Below, in pieces: positions 1 through 13,350 of a DNA stretch of 64,000 nucleotides. Numbering within the stretch: the first letter of the stretch is position 1; each line of letters opens with the position of its first letter. Under the pieces are notes generated by a model. It was given only the letters and a program-made list of their open reading frames with translations, had not been told where the DNA came from and did no database searches. The position numbers were made by a program, and so were the translations under genes. The DNA is from Paraspadella gotoi (Eukaryota > Animalia > Chaetognatha). The stretch is from the NCBI GenBank assembly GCA_051294375.1, contig CM119265.1:13446124-13510123 (forward strand). The letters run 5' to 3'.

Positions 1-230
1 TCTAAAAAGATCGTGGAGCGAAGCAGCTGCCTCAAGTTGAAGCTGGAGCGCAACCTCCAAGTCTGGGCGGACGAGGGCCGCTGGGCCCAGCGCTTCGCTA
101 AGACGCTCAAGCGATGGGAGTTCGCCGTCGCTCAGCGTCTCTTCCATGCGGAGAGAGAGAGGTTGTCACGCGCCTTCGAAGATCGACGCCGCGGAAACGA
201 ATCGGCTTCGATCGATTGAGATCGAAATAA
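1..230 (+). CDS. Last coding exon (partial) of a TRPM-type TRP channel; duplicate of 12729-12955
   Basis: Reads KKIVERSSCLKLKLERNLQVWADEGRWAQRFAKTLKRWEFAVAQR and, allowing one indel, ends ...IGFDRLRSK*. Near-identical to the exon that follows the TRP-box exon at 12385-12512. Confidence 0.6.
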
Positions 231-431
231 TCAATCAGGGTCACTCAGTCAACATACTCATTACTCAATAACCCGAAATTGTGATTATTTTTTCAGATTT
301 TTTGTTGCTTTTCATTTCAAATTTATAATCTTAAACTATCTAAATAAAATAACTTCTTCCCTCGTCCTACATATTTTTAATGAAACAAACTTGGTCGTGT
401 AACTAGGTTATTTTAATGCAAATATACAGTC

Positions 432-467
<36 letters not shown>

Positions 468-595
468 CAACAGTTTTGTGCTAAAAAGACTCTGTGATTA
501 AAAAGCACAATCGTGATACGAGACATCCAGTGCAAATGTGTAAAAAAAGAAAAAATAAGAGAGAGAGAAAGAAAGAAAGAAAGAAGAAAGAAAGT

Positions 596-1464
596 AATGT
601 CTGAGATCCCACGAAAGTCGTATGAGTCGAAGTGGTCGGCGTTTAATTTGATATATCTATTTTGGCCAGTTTGACTGTGGGGAAGAGAAGAGAAAATTGG
701 CCATTTCGATCTCGTACGCCGTCTCTTCGCCCAGTTAGACTTGTGATGCTATGGAGATGAGGTAGGGAGCGACCAATTCGTCTCGCTTCGAAAGGTATGA
801 ATAGTCCGGGTATGACATGGATGTCGATGATATGAGTTCTGGATCCGGTCTTTATAATCGTGATCGAAGGTTGGTTGGTTGCGATCGATGTCATTCTTCG
901 TTTTTTTTGTGGGTAGAAAGTAGAGGAAAGGCCTTTATTTCGGACAGAACATGGAAAAGCGAACACAATTCACATACTCTCCGGGTTACTGCTATTAGTA
1001 CCATATTATAGATGAATTTTGTCTTCTATTATTATGTTTTCTTGGTTTAAATAACCCCCTTTATCAGATAGAACCCTTACCGAAGAGAGAATGGTCGTTC
1101 AAAAGAAACGCAAAATATCGTGAAAATAGAAAAAAAAACCTTAAAATCAAAAGCTATTTAATATTTCCGGTATAACATTCAGCTGGGTTTAAATACGATT
1201 TATTTACGGGACGATTAAGCGATCTATTGTATTTCTATTTGCTCGTTATCTATCGTTTAACATGTTACAGAATGAGCATTAGTATGCGGACACGTTTCAG
1301 AAAGAAGAGAGAACAGAACAGAGAAAACCTATATCATCGTGATATTTCCTTCTCGTTCATCCCAAGATCTCTCTTCTCTCTTCTCTCTCTCTCTCTCTCT
1401 CTTTCTTTCTCATCGCTCTCTCTCTTCTCTCTAAATAATCTTCGTTTTTTTTTTCTCTCTCTCT

Positions 1465-1501
<37 letters not shown>

Positions 1502-4500
1502 TCTCTTCTCTTCTCATCTCGCTCTCTCTCTTCTCTCCTTCATTAACTAAGCCAACAGATATTAACTTTTAACCATTTTAAATTTTGGTTTAAGTCACCA
1601 AAAAATTTTTTTGTCTACGAATTTTTTTTTTCTACTGAGTGTTTTGTTTAATATATAATGTGGCGCTGAAAATATGGGAAAACCAGTTGCGCACAATTAA
1701 TTTTCTCTTCTTTTCTCTTTTGCTTCCTCTTCTCTCTCTCTTCTCCTCTCTCTCTCTCCTCTCTTCTCTCTTCGTCTCTCTCCTCTCTCTCTCACTCTCT
1801 TCTCTCTTTCTCTTCCTCTCTATCTATTCATTATCCCGTTTCAAACTCCCTGTCTGTTATTTTTTTCCAGGTCCCTCCCCGCCCCATCACATTCTCCCCC
1901 CAACCCCCCGCCCTTCGATTAGACTCTTTTTTCTATTTTCCTGCCGTGCCGCGTGTACCACCGTTTTTTTTGTCGATCGATTGTTTTTCTTTTTTTTTTT
2001 TTTTTCGTTCGATCTTCTCTTATCCATTTTGTTCTTTCCTCTCTTTCCGCTTGGTTCCTTTTTTCTGCCGCCGGATCCGGCTCGGCGCTGCCACACCATT
2101 GTTTCTTCGGAGCGAGGAAAACAATTTGACTGTCGTATTGAAGATCGGTAATGTCGCCCTATTTTTGTTCTTCCAAAAAGAGCGTTGTGCCGTAACCGAC
2201 ACCCCGCGCTCCTTTATCTATCGCGCCGGAACGCTAGTGAGGCTCCGCCCAATCTAGAGCTTTAGCGCCGAAACCCCTACACAGCCCGCCACCCCCCCAC
2301 CTAGAGAAATCACCCCGCCGGATGCTACGGCACTTGACCACTTGCCCACTTGCCCATTGCCACTTGCCACTTGCCACGTTGCATGCCACCTTGCACTTTG
2401 CCCCAACACTTTCCGGGGGATCAGACGTCCTCGAGAGAAAATAAACTATAAAACGATATATTTTAAATGCATATGATCAGAAATTAGATTGACGGCCCTA
2501 GGCTGAAAGCGACGAACTCACCGAGACGAAAGGGTTAATTCAGACAAGACATTGGGTGATGCTTCTTTCATTCTCCGTGATTTATTATAGGATGTTAACG
2601 GCATCCTGGGTCAGCACGACGCACGGTGCGTCCGTTATGTCGATGTAAACACTGAGAAAAAAAAAAAAAATGCTGCCCGCCGCCCGCCCGGGGCTGGCCG
2701 GTCGCCTATCTCCGCCGCACCGCGCCGCGGTTCTCGTTCCGTTCACTCGTTCTTCTCATCCTCCTATAGGCCGCGCGCGCCAGGTGATTCTTTTCTGTGG
2801 GATAACAGATGATTGGCTCAGGGAAAGTGAAAAATTCCTCCCCGCACCGCCCGCCCATTCCGCTGGCGCGCGCGCGAAAGTTTCAGGAAGGAAGGGAAAA
2901 ACGTCTCTTCTCGAGGTGAGAGAAGGAAAAAAGAAAGAAGTGAAAAGGGAAAAAAAAAAAAATGGGTGGGAAAGGAGGAAAAGAAAAAGGAGGGAAAGAA
3001 ATCGATCGAAGAAGCGGAAAAAACCAGAAAAAAAACAGAAGCAATTGAGCGAAGAGAATGGAAGAAAAATACTATAGCTCCTTATTTGTCTTGAATAAAG
3101 AAAAAAAAAAAAACCCGGAGAGTTCGCGACTGGTGTATATTGCTGCGCATTAAGCCGCGACAGTTATTGAATCTAGCACACTTCGCATTCTGTCTCCTCG
3201 CGGTTATATGAGAAGAAACCTTATCGCTCCTCTGCTTCCTCTCTCTCTCTCTCTCTCTCTTCTCTCTTCACACACGATTCATTCATTCTTCATTTTAGGA
3301 CCAAACTTCATTTTTAAAAAAACTTTCGGACGCAATTTTCTCTCTTGTTGAGGCCGAACCCGCCTTCGGCATCTATGGCCCAGTGTGGTTGATGACGACA
3401 ACGACGAACGCACCCGACGACGGGACGACGGAAAAAACAAAGAAAGACTTCCGGGAAGCGAAAAGAGAAGGAGGAGAATTGGCGCGGACGAATAGGCGCC
3501 AAAATTCTAATTGAAACTTCTCGATTAGAGAAGTTTTCTACGTTTACTTTATTATTCGTTTTAAAATTCTCGAATTTTTGCCTTAACATTTGGTGAAGTA
3601 CCCATTTCACCAATCAATGATCTGGTTTCAAAGCCAAGTAACTTGTAACAACTTGGGTATTTTCATATTTTTTTAAATGTGACTTTACAAAGCAAGTGTT
3701 ATCTTAGAATAAAAAAACATTACTTCCAATTGTTTTGGCCATGATTGCGCATATGTTACTTTAAAATGGATTGTCTGTTTCATTGCTTTCAGAAAGAATT
3801 TTTTTTGGAGATTTATCCCACTTCTGACGACTTTGTATCTTTTACCTTCGAAAAAAAATTTTTGATTGCCTTGTCTCTTGAAGCCGCAAGAAGAAAAAAT
3901 AAAAAAAGTGTTATCATGCCCATCGGACAAATTTTTTGTGTTGTATTTAAAATTTTTTCTTATTTTTTAAAATCAAGATCCGACCTTTGTTTTAATCGGA
4001 TAATTTTTATTGGTAATTTTTAACAACATTAATTTTTAGAACTTTACCTTTTGTTATCTTTTTTCAGATGTCCTCTACACAGACAGTAGTGTGGAAGAAA
4101 AAAAGACAATCTTTCCAAACTTTCCTAGCTTGCCAATTCATTCAAAAGAATATTCCCAAAATGTGAAAGCGTTGTAGTCAAAAGTAAATATAGAATTAGA
4201 TGAATTCTAAATCCAAAGATCTGAAGAAAAAAGAAGAAGATAGATGACGAGAAGAGAAGAGGTGAAAAACCAAACCCATGTGACCAAACTGTTAAACGAA
4301 ACTATCAGTAGGTCATGCCATTAACGCGATGTCGCCAACAAAACAAACCCAATAAACAAAAACTGTCGCCAAAAAGTTAAAATCTACCTTTTTCGCTTCT
4401 TTCCTGCGGGCCGACAGCTCAACTGACGCTTACTTCCGGCCTAGCCGCCGCTCTCCTCCGTCTCCCATATCCTCTCTCTCCTCTCTCTCTGCTCTCTTCT

Positions 4501-5622
4501 CTTACTCTCCTCATCTCTCTCTCACCTACCCGTCTTTTCCTCTTCTTCTCTCTCTTTCCTCGGTCCTCGTCTCTGTACCCTTCTCTCTCTGCCCCATACC
4601 CCCCCCCCCGACTCACCGTAGCGCGACTCTGATCACTCAGCTCTCCCACTCCTGTTTGTCCTCTCTCTTCTTTTCTTCCACTCTACTAACTATCTCTATT
4701 TTCCCATCTTTCTTCCCTAACCTCGCTCCACATACCGACATCACCGACTTCTGTTATGGTAAGCTGATTATTACTGCCTCTATATCAAGTGTCCCAACAA
4801 AGATAGAATAAATAAATGTCTTCATTTGTCTTGTCCGAGGGTGGCGGGTTGTACGTGGATGTCGCCCCATCCATTCGCGCCATCCCTTCGCCGCCTCGCG
4901 ATACCTGTGCGCGCTACGGTTCTGGATCGTTGCGTTGGCGCGGGGTTCGTTTACAATTTGTGACGCACGCGGTCGAAGGTGTGTGATCGCGTGTGTACGC
5001 ACGCGTCGATAGGAGATAATACGCAGAGCACGAAATCAACGTCGTCGGGGGAGACGAGGAGTGAGGGAAATGGGTAAGGGCATGAGTAGGTAAGTGCCTC
5101 CGCCGATGTAAGACGTTGCCCGTTTGCTCGTCAGGTCGGCGGGATCTTTGCTTTGTTATATTCGATTAACCTTCTTTTTTTTGACAAAAGTTTATCATAA
5201 GAATGTTAAGACCTTCAAAGAAAAATATTTTTTAAAAATCAATTTGTTTTATCCTTTTTTTAAATTTTATCTTCCTCCGTTTTTGTAATCTTTAATCTTT
5301 TAATAGTTTATATCTAATATGATTTTTTATTTTCTCTTGGTCTTTTTACCTCTTTGGCTCTTATCGACTTGATTTTGATTTCATAAATTTATACATGACA
5401 AAATAAGATTTTTCTTCATTCGTAAGTCGGTTTTTTTTGTTCTTTTCTTCATTCTTTCAGCAGAATGCGGCCGTCTTCTGATTTTACAACCTAAATAGAT
5501 GAAAGTTGACGCCAAGAAATAATTGAAAAAATTGAAAATGGGGAAAAAACGAGCAAAATAAAGAGAAGAGAGAGAGAGAGAGATGAGAGAAGAGAGAGAG
5601 GAGAAGAGCGAGGAGGATACGA

Positions 5623-5654
<32 letters not shown>

Positions 5655-7434
5655 CGCCGAGGCAAGAGAGAGACATGGCAGATGAGAATCAAGAAAAGCC
5701 AGTAGAGAGGAAAATCTTCGTAGTAAATGAAATAAAGTGGTTTCAATTCAAAAAAATTTTAAAATGCAACTAAGTTACGTATTTTATATACTCATCTCCC
5801 ATCAGAAACAACGATTTCAGCTCAGAAGCCTTCCTGACGCCACGAACGCAAGAAACGCATCACGCTGCCGCTTGCCCAGCCGACGCCTCAGCCGACGTTG
5901 CCGCCGCGGCCGCAGCCGCAGCCTCTAACGCCGACTCAGCCGACGACTCCGACGCCGACCTAACTTTTAAGTCTGGGGGTCCAAAGCCGCTTGGGAAGTT
6001 AAGCCCCGTGCTGATAAACTCGCCCGCAATCAAAGATGGCGCGGTTTCAACACCATACACGCGGATCACATTCCATGGATGAAGATGTGAACGACGAGGA
6101 GGAGGAGGCGGAAGAGGAGGAGCATCAACACCAGCAGCAATTTAAAAGAACAGTTAAACAGCTGAAAGGGTTTCGACAATAGAAAATCAGTTTCAGGCGA
6201 AAACTATTAAAAACCGCCAAGATTTTGATCATAACCGAAATAAGAAGGAAACAAGGAAAACAAGGAAACAAGGGAAAACAAGGGAAACAAGACGGAAAAT
6301 TGTTCGTTTTCGTCTTCGAGTGCGATTCCGTATTGACCTCCGTTCGTGTCTCGCGGAATCTTGACGAAGGAATCAATGACTCAAATCGACGCGGGATCCA
6401 CGATGTCGGCGTCTGCGGCGTCTCAGGCGAAAAAGAACGTCTTCACCCGGTTGGCGCGATTCATCTTCAACACTAAAGCGGCGTCGCGGCGCCGGTTTTG
6501 GCCTACTCGGCGTTTTTCGACCCAAGAAAACTCAACGTTGACGCCGCGGACGACAAAACCGGAACCATCGTCTCGTCGCCCTCGTCTCTCGCTCCAATCG
6601 TCGACCGGCGCTTTTCATCATTCGGCGTCGATTTTCTGTCAACTTTGGTTCGAGGAGACTTAAGTCGATGACGCCGGTCGAAGCCGGCGTCGAAGTCATC
6701 GGAATCAGGAGGCAGAACGGCGTTGGGAACCGCAGCAAGAGTGGAGACAGGGCGCCGCGAATGGAGGAACGAGGGTCGACTTCGAGGCGGCGCTCATTCG
6801 CTGTCCCGTGAGACAAAAAAGTAAGGGAGCGGGACTGTGGTGGCGTGGAGGGAAAACGTTTCATTGACTCACTAGGGACAGTTAAAGTCATTACGATTTC
6901 GACGTTGAATGTGAATTAAATTCGTGTAACTACTTCTGAAAAAACATTTATCGTTGCGTTTGTTCCGTAAAAATAAAAATTAAAATGACATGAAACGAGG
7001 AAAAGGGGAAAAGGGAATTTTTTTTTTTTTACGAGGCGAATGAAAGGTTTTTACTTCCATGTCTTGGGGAGAGCATGTCTTTGGGGAAAAAAAACGGTTT
7101 ATGGGAAAAATAAAAAGATATCGACCTATAAAGGATTAAAAAAAAAGTGGAAAAAAAGAAGAAAAAAAGAAAGGAAAGGAATAAAAAAAAAGAAGGAAAG
7201 AAGAGACGAGATTAGCTTGGTCTCTTGGTCATTATACCCCTTTTCCTTCGGCTTTTGTTAGTTGAAGAGAGAAAAGAGAAAGCGGAGGCTAAATTGAAAA
7301 AGATGTCGAGAGAGAAAGGAGAGCCGGGGGGGGGGAAGGGTGAAAGAGGTTGGGAATAGGAGCGCGCGAGAGATAGAGAGAGAGAGAGAGAGATTGAGCG
7401 TGATGGGAAACAATGAGGAACGAGAGAGGAGAGA

Positions 7435-7523
<89 letters not shown>

Positions 7524-9921
7524 AGGAGAGGAGAGAGAGAATAAAAAAAAGAAAATGGGCTCGCGTTTTTCGCTCACGCAATAGCCAGACGAGGGCCATA
7601 GATCTTAATCTCAAAACGAATTCTATTTAATTAATGATGCCGACTTATATTCATAAAATTTAATTCTTTAGTCGATATATTCTTCCGGCGTCGAATTAAC
7701 TTCCGGTTCCGCCATCTGGCCGAGATTTGATTTAATGGGTTTTTTTTCGCTTTCGTTTTGGATGAACGATCCTGGGCCCCGCGATGCCGCGCCCGATTGC
7801 GCGCCCGATGCGCGCCGATGCCGGCCCGAGCCGCGCCGATGCCGCGCCCGATGCCGCGCCCGATGCCGCGCTCCGAGGCTACGTGCCCGATGCGCGCCGA
7901 TACCGTGCCCGATGCTTGAATGAAGATAGCCGATGACATCCCTTCATGCCTCGTCATATGTCCTTAGTTCGTTGAAAATCTCAAGAGACGAATAATATGA
8001 AAAACACATAATATCATTTAACAATTTATATGCAATGAATAAATCTCCGCAGGTCCGCCATCTTGGATATCCTTGACGACGCGTTCCTGCTCGTCGCCTC
8101 AGCATCTCCAAAGTCCTCAACGCAGGAGAGTTTCCACGTGGAACAAGCGCGAATGACGTCATAAATCCTTCCCATGACGTCGTCAATCAACGATTGAAAG
8201 GCGTATCACGACGACGAGGACCGCCAAGTTTCCCGCGTGACGTTCCAAACCGGAGACGGCGGCGACGACGACGACGGACGTCGGCACTGACCGTCTGCCT
8301 GTTCAATCCGTTGGAAATCGAGAATCCTCGCAGGGAACGACGGGCCAATGGGAGAGAATAAAAGCGATTAAGTCTTCGGTCCTTCACGTCGCTAATGTCA
8401 GGTCTTTGCGCGATAGGTTCCTCGTTTACGCGACGCCGACCCACGCCCTGTCTCCACCTCGTAACGCGTCGATTCTATTTCTTCCTTTTGCGCCCTCCAA
8501 TCTTCGCCACCCCCTCGAGCGACTCCTCCATCCCCACCTCCCACCCCAACCCTCTCCCCGACGCGCTCGCTCTCGCTCTGATCAACGACTGCCTCTATCG
8601 ATCGATGAGTAAGCGCCAGATATTTGACGCACCTGGAGACGAGCGGGTGGTGGCCCGAAGCAGCACCGGGACGTCGTGCAGATGCTGCGACAGATGGAGA
8701 CTGAATACGATCAGGAGTCGGCATCATCTCGACTCTCTACCGACGTCAAAGAGAGACATGGGAGTTATCGATTTAACGCCGGTTGGTTTTCGGCGAATTG
8801 AACGGAGCGTCGTCGTCGTCGTCGTCGTCGTCTCGTCCTTTATCGTCCATACCCTCCGTCCCCTCATCCTTTTGCCCTCCCTACTTTCTCCACTTCCGGC
8901 GCTACGGCGTTCTTCGACGACGGCGCCACCCGCGCCATCGTGGCGCCTCTCCGCGTTGCGACGTTGGGTCGGACGCGGCGTCAGCGTCACGTTCCGGGAT
9001 TCAAAGCGATGGACGTCCCGAGCGACATCGCTTATTTGCACAAATACTTTGACGGGCGACTGCGCTGAAGCGTCTTCCTCGCCCGTCTCAGCCGCCGCAG
9101 CCGTCGCAGCCGCGCCCGACCTCCCATATCAGCCAAGCCCGGCGCCGCTGCGTCGCGCGACTCTGTCATCCGACCAGACTCGATTCAAGCGCCGCAAAAA
9201 CGCAGCACGGCGCGCCGCGATGACGTCCAGCGCGGCAAGAACTGCTCTGACCGCAGTCTAGCGACCGAGGACTTTTCGCTTTGCCTTTGAGAGACGTCGT
9301 TGCCAAGGAGATGGACGTCGGAAAATTGTGCGTCGGTGTTGACGTAGATTTCGGCGGCGGACCAGCGTCTTAGCGGCGGGGGCGTCGCGGGTTGAAAAAA
9401 TGGCAGGTTTGGGCAAAAGTGACCTTTCTTTGCAGTCTGGCGAGGGATGGGAAGTCGCCCCTCGCATTCGGGATCGGATTGTGGACAATGACCTCTGGGG
9501 AAATGGAATAGCAATGGCGGCTCGGGCCAGATAAGAAAGTTAAGCTAAGAGTTGAAAAGTAAGTTACCAATACTGATACAATTTCTTGACGAATCGAGAA
9601 TGAAAACTTTAAATATTTAGCCAAGTTTTTTTCCGCTATTTTCGCTACACAATTTCACTCGTGATTTATTTCTCAATTAGCAAGATAATACAATTGCAAA
9701 GAAAAAACCAAAAAAAATACAGTTGAATATTCAATTATCGTTAATCTCTCGATTCACATTCGCACTAATTATATTAAATAATTAATGCAATGGTAACCCA
9801 CGAGGCTTTAAACATTATAACCATAAGAATTTAAAATTTTTGTTTGATGGAAACGAATTTGAAAAGAGTATAAAAAAATATTGTTGTGTGTAGTTTCGTG
9901 ATTCGTCTGTCTGTATCTCTC

Positions 9922-9985
<64 letters not shown>
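596..9985 (-). repeat. About 9.4-kb inverted copy of 13330-23850 (left arm of a giant palindrome; probably an assembly artefact)
   Basis: Reverse complement matches throughout, e.g. 9540-9930 with 13395-13780, 3560-4300 with 21070-21810, 600-1000 with 23600-23850. Identity decays by random insertions toward position 600. Confidence 0.9.
4816..9534 (+). CDS. GT92/DUF23-like type II membrane glycosyltransferase homolog, copy A (3 exons: ~4816-5134, ~5806-6820, 8053-~9400/9534), many indels
   Basis: Reverse complement of copy B. GT92 hallmarks AYSAFFDPR, IFCQLWF, LIRCP and INDCLYR; GT-AG junctions at 5135, 6821 and 8052. Stop position uncertain because of indels. Confidence 0.7.
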
Positions 9986-9995
<10 letters not shown>

Positions 9996-10574
9996 TCGTC
10001 TCTCTNNNNNNNNNNNNNNNNNNNNNNNNNGAGAGAGAGAGAGAGATACAGACAGACGAATCACGAAACTACACACAACAATATTTTTTATACTCTTTCA
10101 AATTCGGTTCCATCAAACAAANNNNNNNNNNNNNNNNNNNNNNNNNNNNNNNNNNNNNNNNNNNNNNNNNNNNNNNNNNNNNNNNNNNNNNNNNNNNNNN
10201 NNNNNNNNNNNNNNNNNNNNNNNNNNNNNNNNNNNNNNNNNNNNNNNNNNNNNNNNNNNNNNNNNNNNNNNNNNNNNNNNNNNNNNNNNNNNNNNNNNNN
10301 NNNNNNNNNNNNNNNNNNNNNNNNNNNNNNNNNNNNNNNNNNNNNNNNNNNNNNNNNNNNNNNNNNNNNNNNNNNNNNNNNNNNNNNNNNNNNNNNNNNN
10401 NNNNNNNNNNNNNNNNNNNNNNNNNNNNNNNNNNNNNNNNNNNNNNNNNNNNNNNNNNNNNNNNNNNNNNNNNNNNNNNNNNNNNNNNNNNNNNNNNNNN
10501 NNNNNNNNNNNNNNNNNNNNNNNNNNNNNNNNNNNNNNNNNNNNNNNNNNNNNNNNNNNNNNNNNNNNNNNNNN

Positions 10575-11831
10575 CGACGCACAATTTTCCGACGTCCATC
10601 TCCTTGGCAACGACGTCTCTCAAAGGCAAAAGCGAAAAGTCCTCGGTCGCTAGACTGCGGTCAGAGCAGTTCTTGCCGCGCTGGACGTCATCGCGGCGCC
10701 GTGCTGCGTTTTTGCGGCGCTGAATCGAGTCTGGTCGGATGACAGAGTCGCGCGACGCAGCGGCGCCGGGCTTGGCTGATATGGAGGTCGGCGGCGGCTG
10801 CGACGGCTGCGGCGGCTGAGACGGCGAGGAAGACGCTTCAGCGCAGTCGCCCTCAAAGTATTTGTGCAAATAAGCGATGTCGCTCGGGACGTCCATCGCT
10901 TTGAATCCCGGAACGTGACGCATGACGCCGCGTCGACCCAACGTCGCAACGCTGAGAGGCGCCACGATGGCGCGGGTGGCGCCGTCGTCGAGAACGCCGT
11001 AGCGCCGGAAGTGGGAGAAGTAGGGAGGGCAAAAGGATGAGGGGACGGAGGGTATGGACGATAAAGACGACGACGACGACGACGCTCCGTTCAATTCGCC
11101 GAAAAACCAACCGGCGTTGAATCGATAACTCCCATGTCTCTCTTTGACGTCGTAGAGAGTCGAGATGATGCCGACTTCCTGATCGTATTCAGTCTCCATC
11201 TGTCGCAGCATCTGCACGACGTCCCGGTGCTGCTTCGGCGCCACCACCTCGCTCGTCTCCAGGTGCGTCAAATATCTGGCGCTACTCATCGATCGGTAGA
11301 GGCAGTCGTTGATCAGAGCGAGAGCGAGCGCGTCGGGGAGAGGGTTGGGGTGGGAGGTGGAGGAGTCGCTCGAGGGGGTGGCGAGATTGGAGGGCGAAAA
11401 AGGAAGAAATAGAATCGACGCGTTGCGAGGTGGAGACAGGGCGTCGTCGGCGTCGCGATAAACGAGGAACTTATCGGCGCCAAGAACTGACATTAGCGAC
11501 GTGAAGGACCGAAGACTTAAATCGCTTTTATTCTCTCCCATTGGCCCGTCGGTCCCGCGAGGATTCTCGATTCCAACGGATTGAATCAGGCAGACGGTCA
11601 GTGCCGACGTCGTCGTCGTCGCCGCCGTCTCCGGTTTGACGTCACGCGGGAACTTGGCGTCCTCGTCGTCGTGATTTACGCCTTTCAGTCGTTGATTGAC
11701 GACGTCATGGGAAGGATTTATGACGTCATCGCGCTTTTGTCCACGTGGAAACTCTCCTCGGTTGAGGACTTTGAGGAGATGCTGAGGCGACGAGCAGGAA
11801 CGCGTCGTCAAGGATATCCAAGATGGCGGAC
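10575..11831 (-). CDS. GT92/DUF23-like protein, catalytic-domain exon; cleanest copy, open frame truncated by an N gap
   Basis: About 415 codons uninterrupted after the cag acceptor at 11832-11834: PSWISLTTRSC..LTVCL..VLGADKFLVY..INDCLYRSMSSARYLTHLETSEVVAP..RAIVAPLSV..DIAYLHKY, the motif order of animal GT92 (galt-1-like) enzymes. Confidence 0.8.
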
Positions 11832-11970
11832 CTGCGGAGATTTATTCATTGCATATAAATTGTTAAATGATATTATGTGTTTTTCATATTATTCGTCTCT
11901 TGAGATTTTCAACGAACTAAGGACATATGACGAGGCATGAGGGAATGTCATCGGCTACTTCATTCCAAGC

Positions 11971-12094
11971 ATCGGGCACGGTATCGGGCGCGGCATCGGG
12001 CGCGGCATCGGGCGCGGCATCGGGCGCGGCATCGGGCGCGGCATCGGGCGCGGCATCGGGCGCGGCATCGGGCGCGGCATCGGGCGCGGCATCG
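11971..12094. repeat. 12-bp minisatellite (ATCGGGCGCGGC)x9 in GT92 intron 2
   Basis: Nine perfect units at 11983-12090 plus a variant unit at 11971. Degenerate versions at ~7783-7915 and ~15416-15545. Confidence 0.95.
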
Positions 12095-12327
12095 CGGGGG
12101 CCCAGGATCGTTCATCCAAACGAAGCGAAAAAAAAACCCATTAAATCAAATCTCGGCCAGATGGCGGAACCGGAAGTTAATTCGACGCCGGAAGAATATA
12201 TCGACTAAAGAATTAAATTTATGAATATAAGTCGGCATCATTAATTAAATAGAATTCGTTTTGAGATTAAGATCTATGGCCCCTCGTCTGGCTATTGCGT
12301 GAGCGAACGCGAGCCCATTCTCTTTTT

Positions 12328-12359
<32 letters not shown>

Positions 12360-12384
12360 NNNNNNNNNNNNNNNNNNNNNNNNN

Positions 12385-12955
12385 GAACGTTCAGCGAAGT
12401 ACAAGAAGAATCGCTCAAAAATTTGGGCCTTTAACCGGCACGATTTGATTCTCGAGTACAGGGTGCGTTCGGCGCTTCCACAACCCATCGCTTTGATAGA
12501 ATTTTTGTTCAGGTAAACGAAAATATCTGCTTAAACCTGTAATTAACGCGTTAAAGAGGCTACTTTACTGACATCACGGACAAGAAATAAGTTTACGTGA
12601 GTAAAATAAAAAAAATAACCAGAAAAGAAAAGGATGAAAAAATCAAAATGAAACAATCGTAAAATAAATTCAAATTATTCATTGTCCTTCAAGATTAATA
12701 CGAATGGCGTTTGGCCACCACTTCGGCCTCTAAAAGATCGTGGAGCGAAGCAGCTGCCTCAAGTTGAAGCTGGAGCGCAACCTCCAAGTCTGGGCGGACG
12801 AGGGCCGCTGGGCCAGCGCTTCGCTAAGACGCTCAAGCGATGGGAGTTCGCCGTCGCTCAGCGTCGCTTCCATGCGGAGGAGAGAGAGGTTGTCACGCGC
12901 CTTCGAAGATCGACGCCGCGGAACGATCGGCTTCGATCGATTGAGATCGAAATAA
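12385..12955 (+). CDS. TRPM-type channel, last two exons (12385-12512, 12694-12955): TRP domain and C-terminus
   Basis: Removing one A from a homopolymer gives TFSEVQEESLKIWAFNRHDLILEYRVRSALPQPIALIEFLFR, matching the TRPM pattern TFxxVQxxSxxxWKFQRYxLIxEYxxRPxLPPP. AG|GTAAAC donor and AAG acceptor present. Confidence 0.75.
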
Positions 12956-13313
12956 TCAATCAGGGTCACTCAGTCAACATACTCATTACTCAATAACCCG
13001 AAATTGTGATTATTTTTTCAGATTTTTTGTTGCTTTCATTTCAAATTTATAATCTTAAACTATCTAAATAAAATAACTTCTTCCCTCGTCACATATTTTT
13101 TTAATGAAACAACTTGGTGCGTGTAACTAGGTTATTTTAATGCAAATATACAGTCTTAATAATAATAATAATATAATAATAATAAACAACAGTTTTGTGG
13201 CTAAAAAGACTCTGTGATTAAAAAGCACAATCGTGATACGAGACATCCAGTGCAAATGTGTAAAAAAAGAAAAAATAAGAGAGAGAGAAAGAAAGAAAGA
13301 AAGAAGAAAGAAA

Positions 13314-13350
<37 letters not shown>

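Noticed and set aside
1227-2257. SL/ER-repeat ORFs here and throughout the window
   Set aside because: Translations of (GA)n/(TC)n microsatellites.
11927-12224. ORFs with (GAAS)n or (RARH)n repeats
   Set aside because: Translations of an intronic 12-bp minisatellite; not a CRISPR array because there are no spacers.
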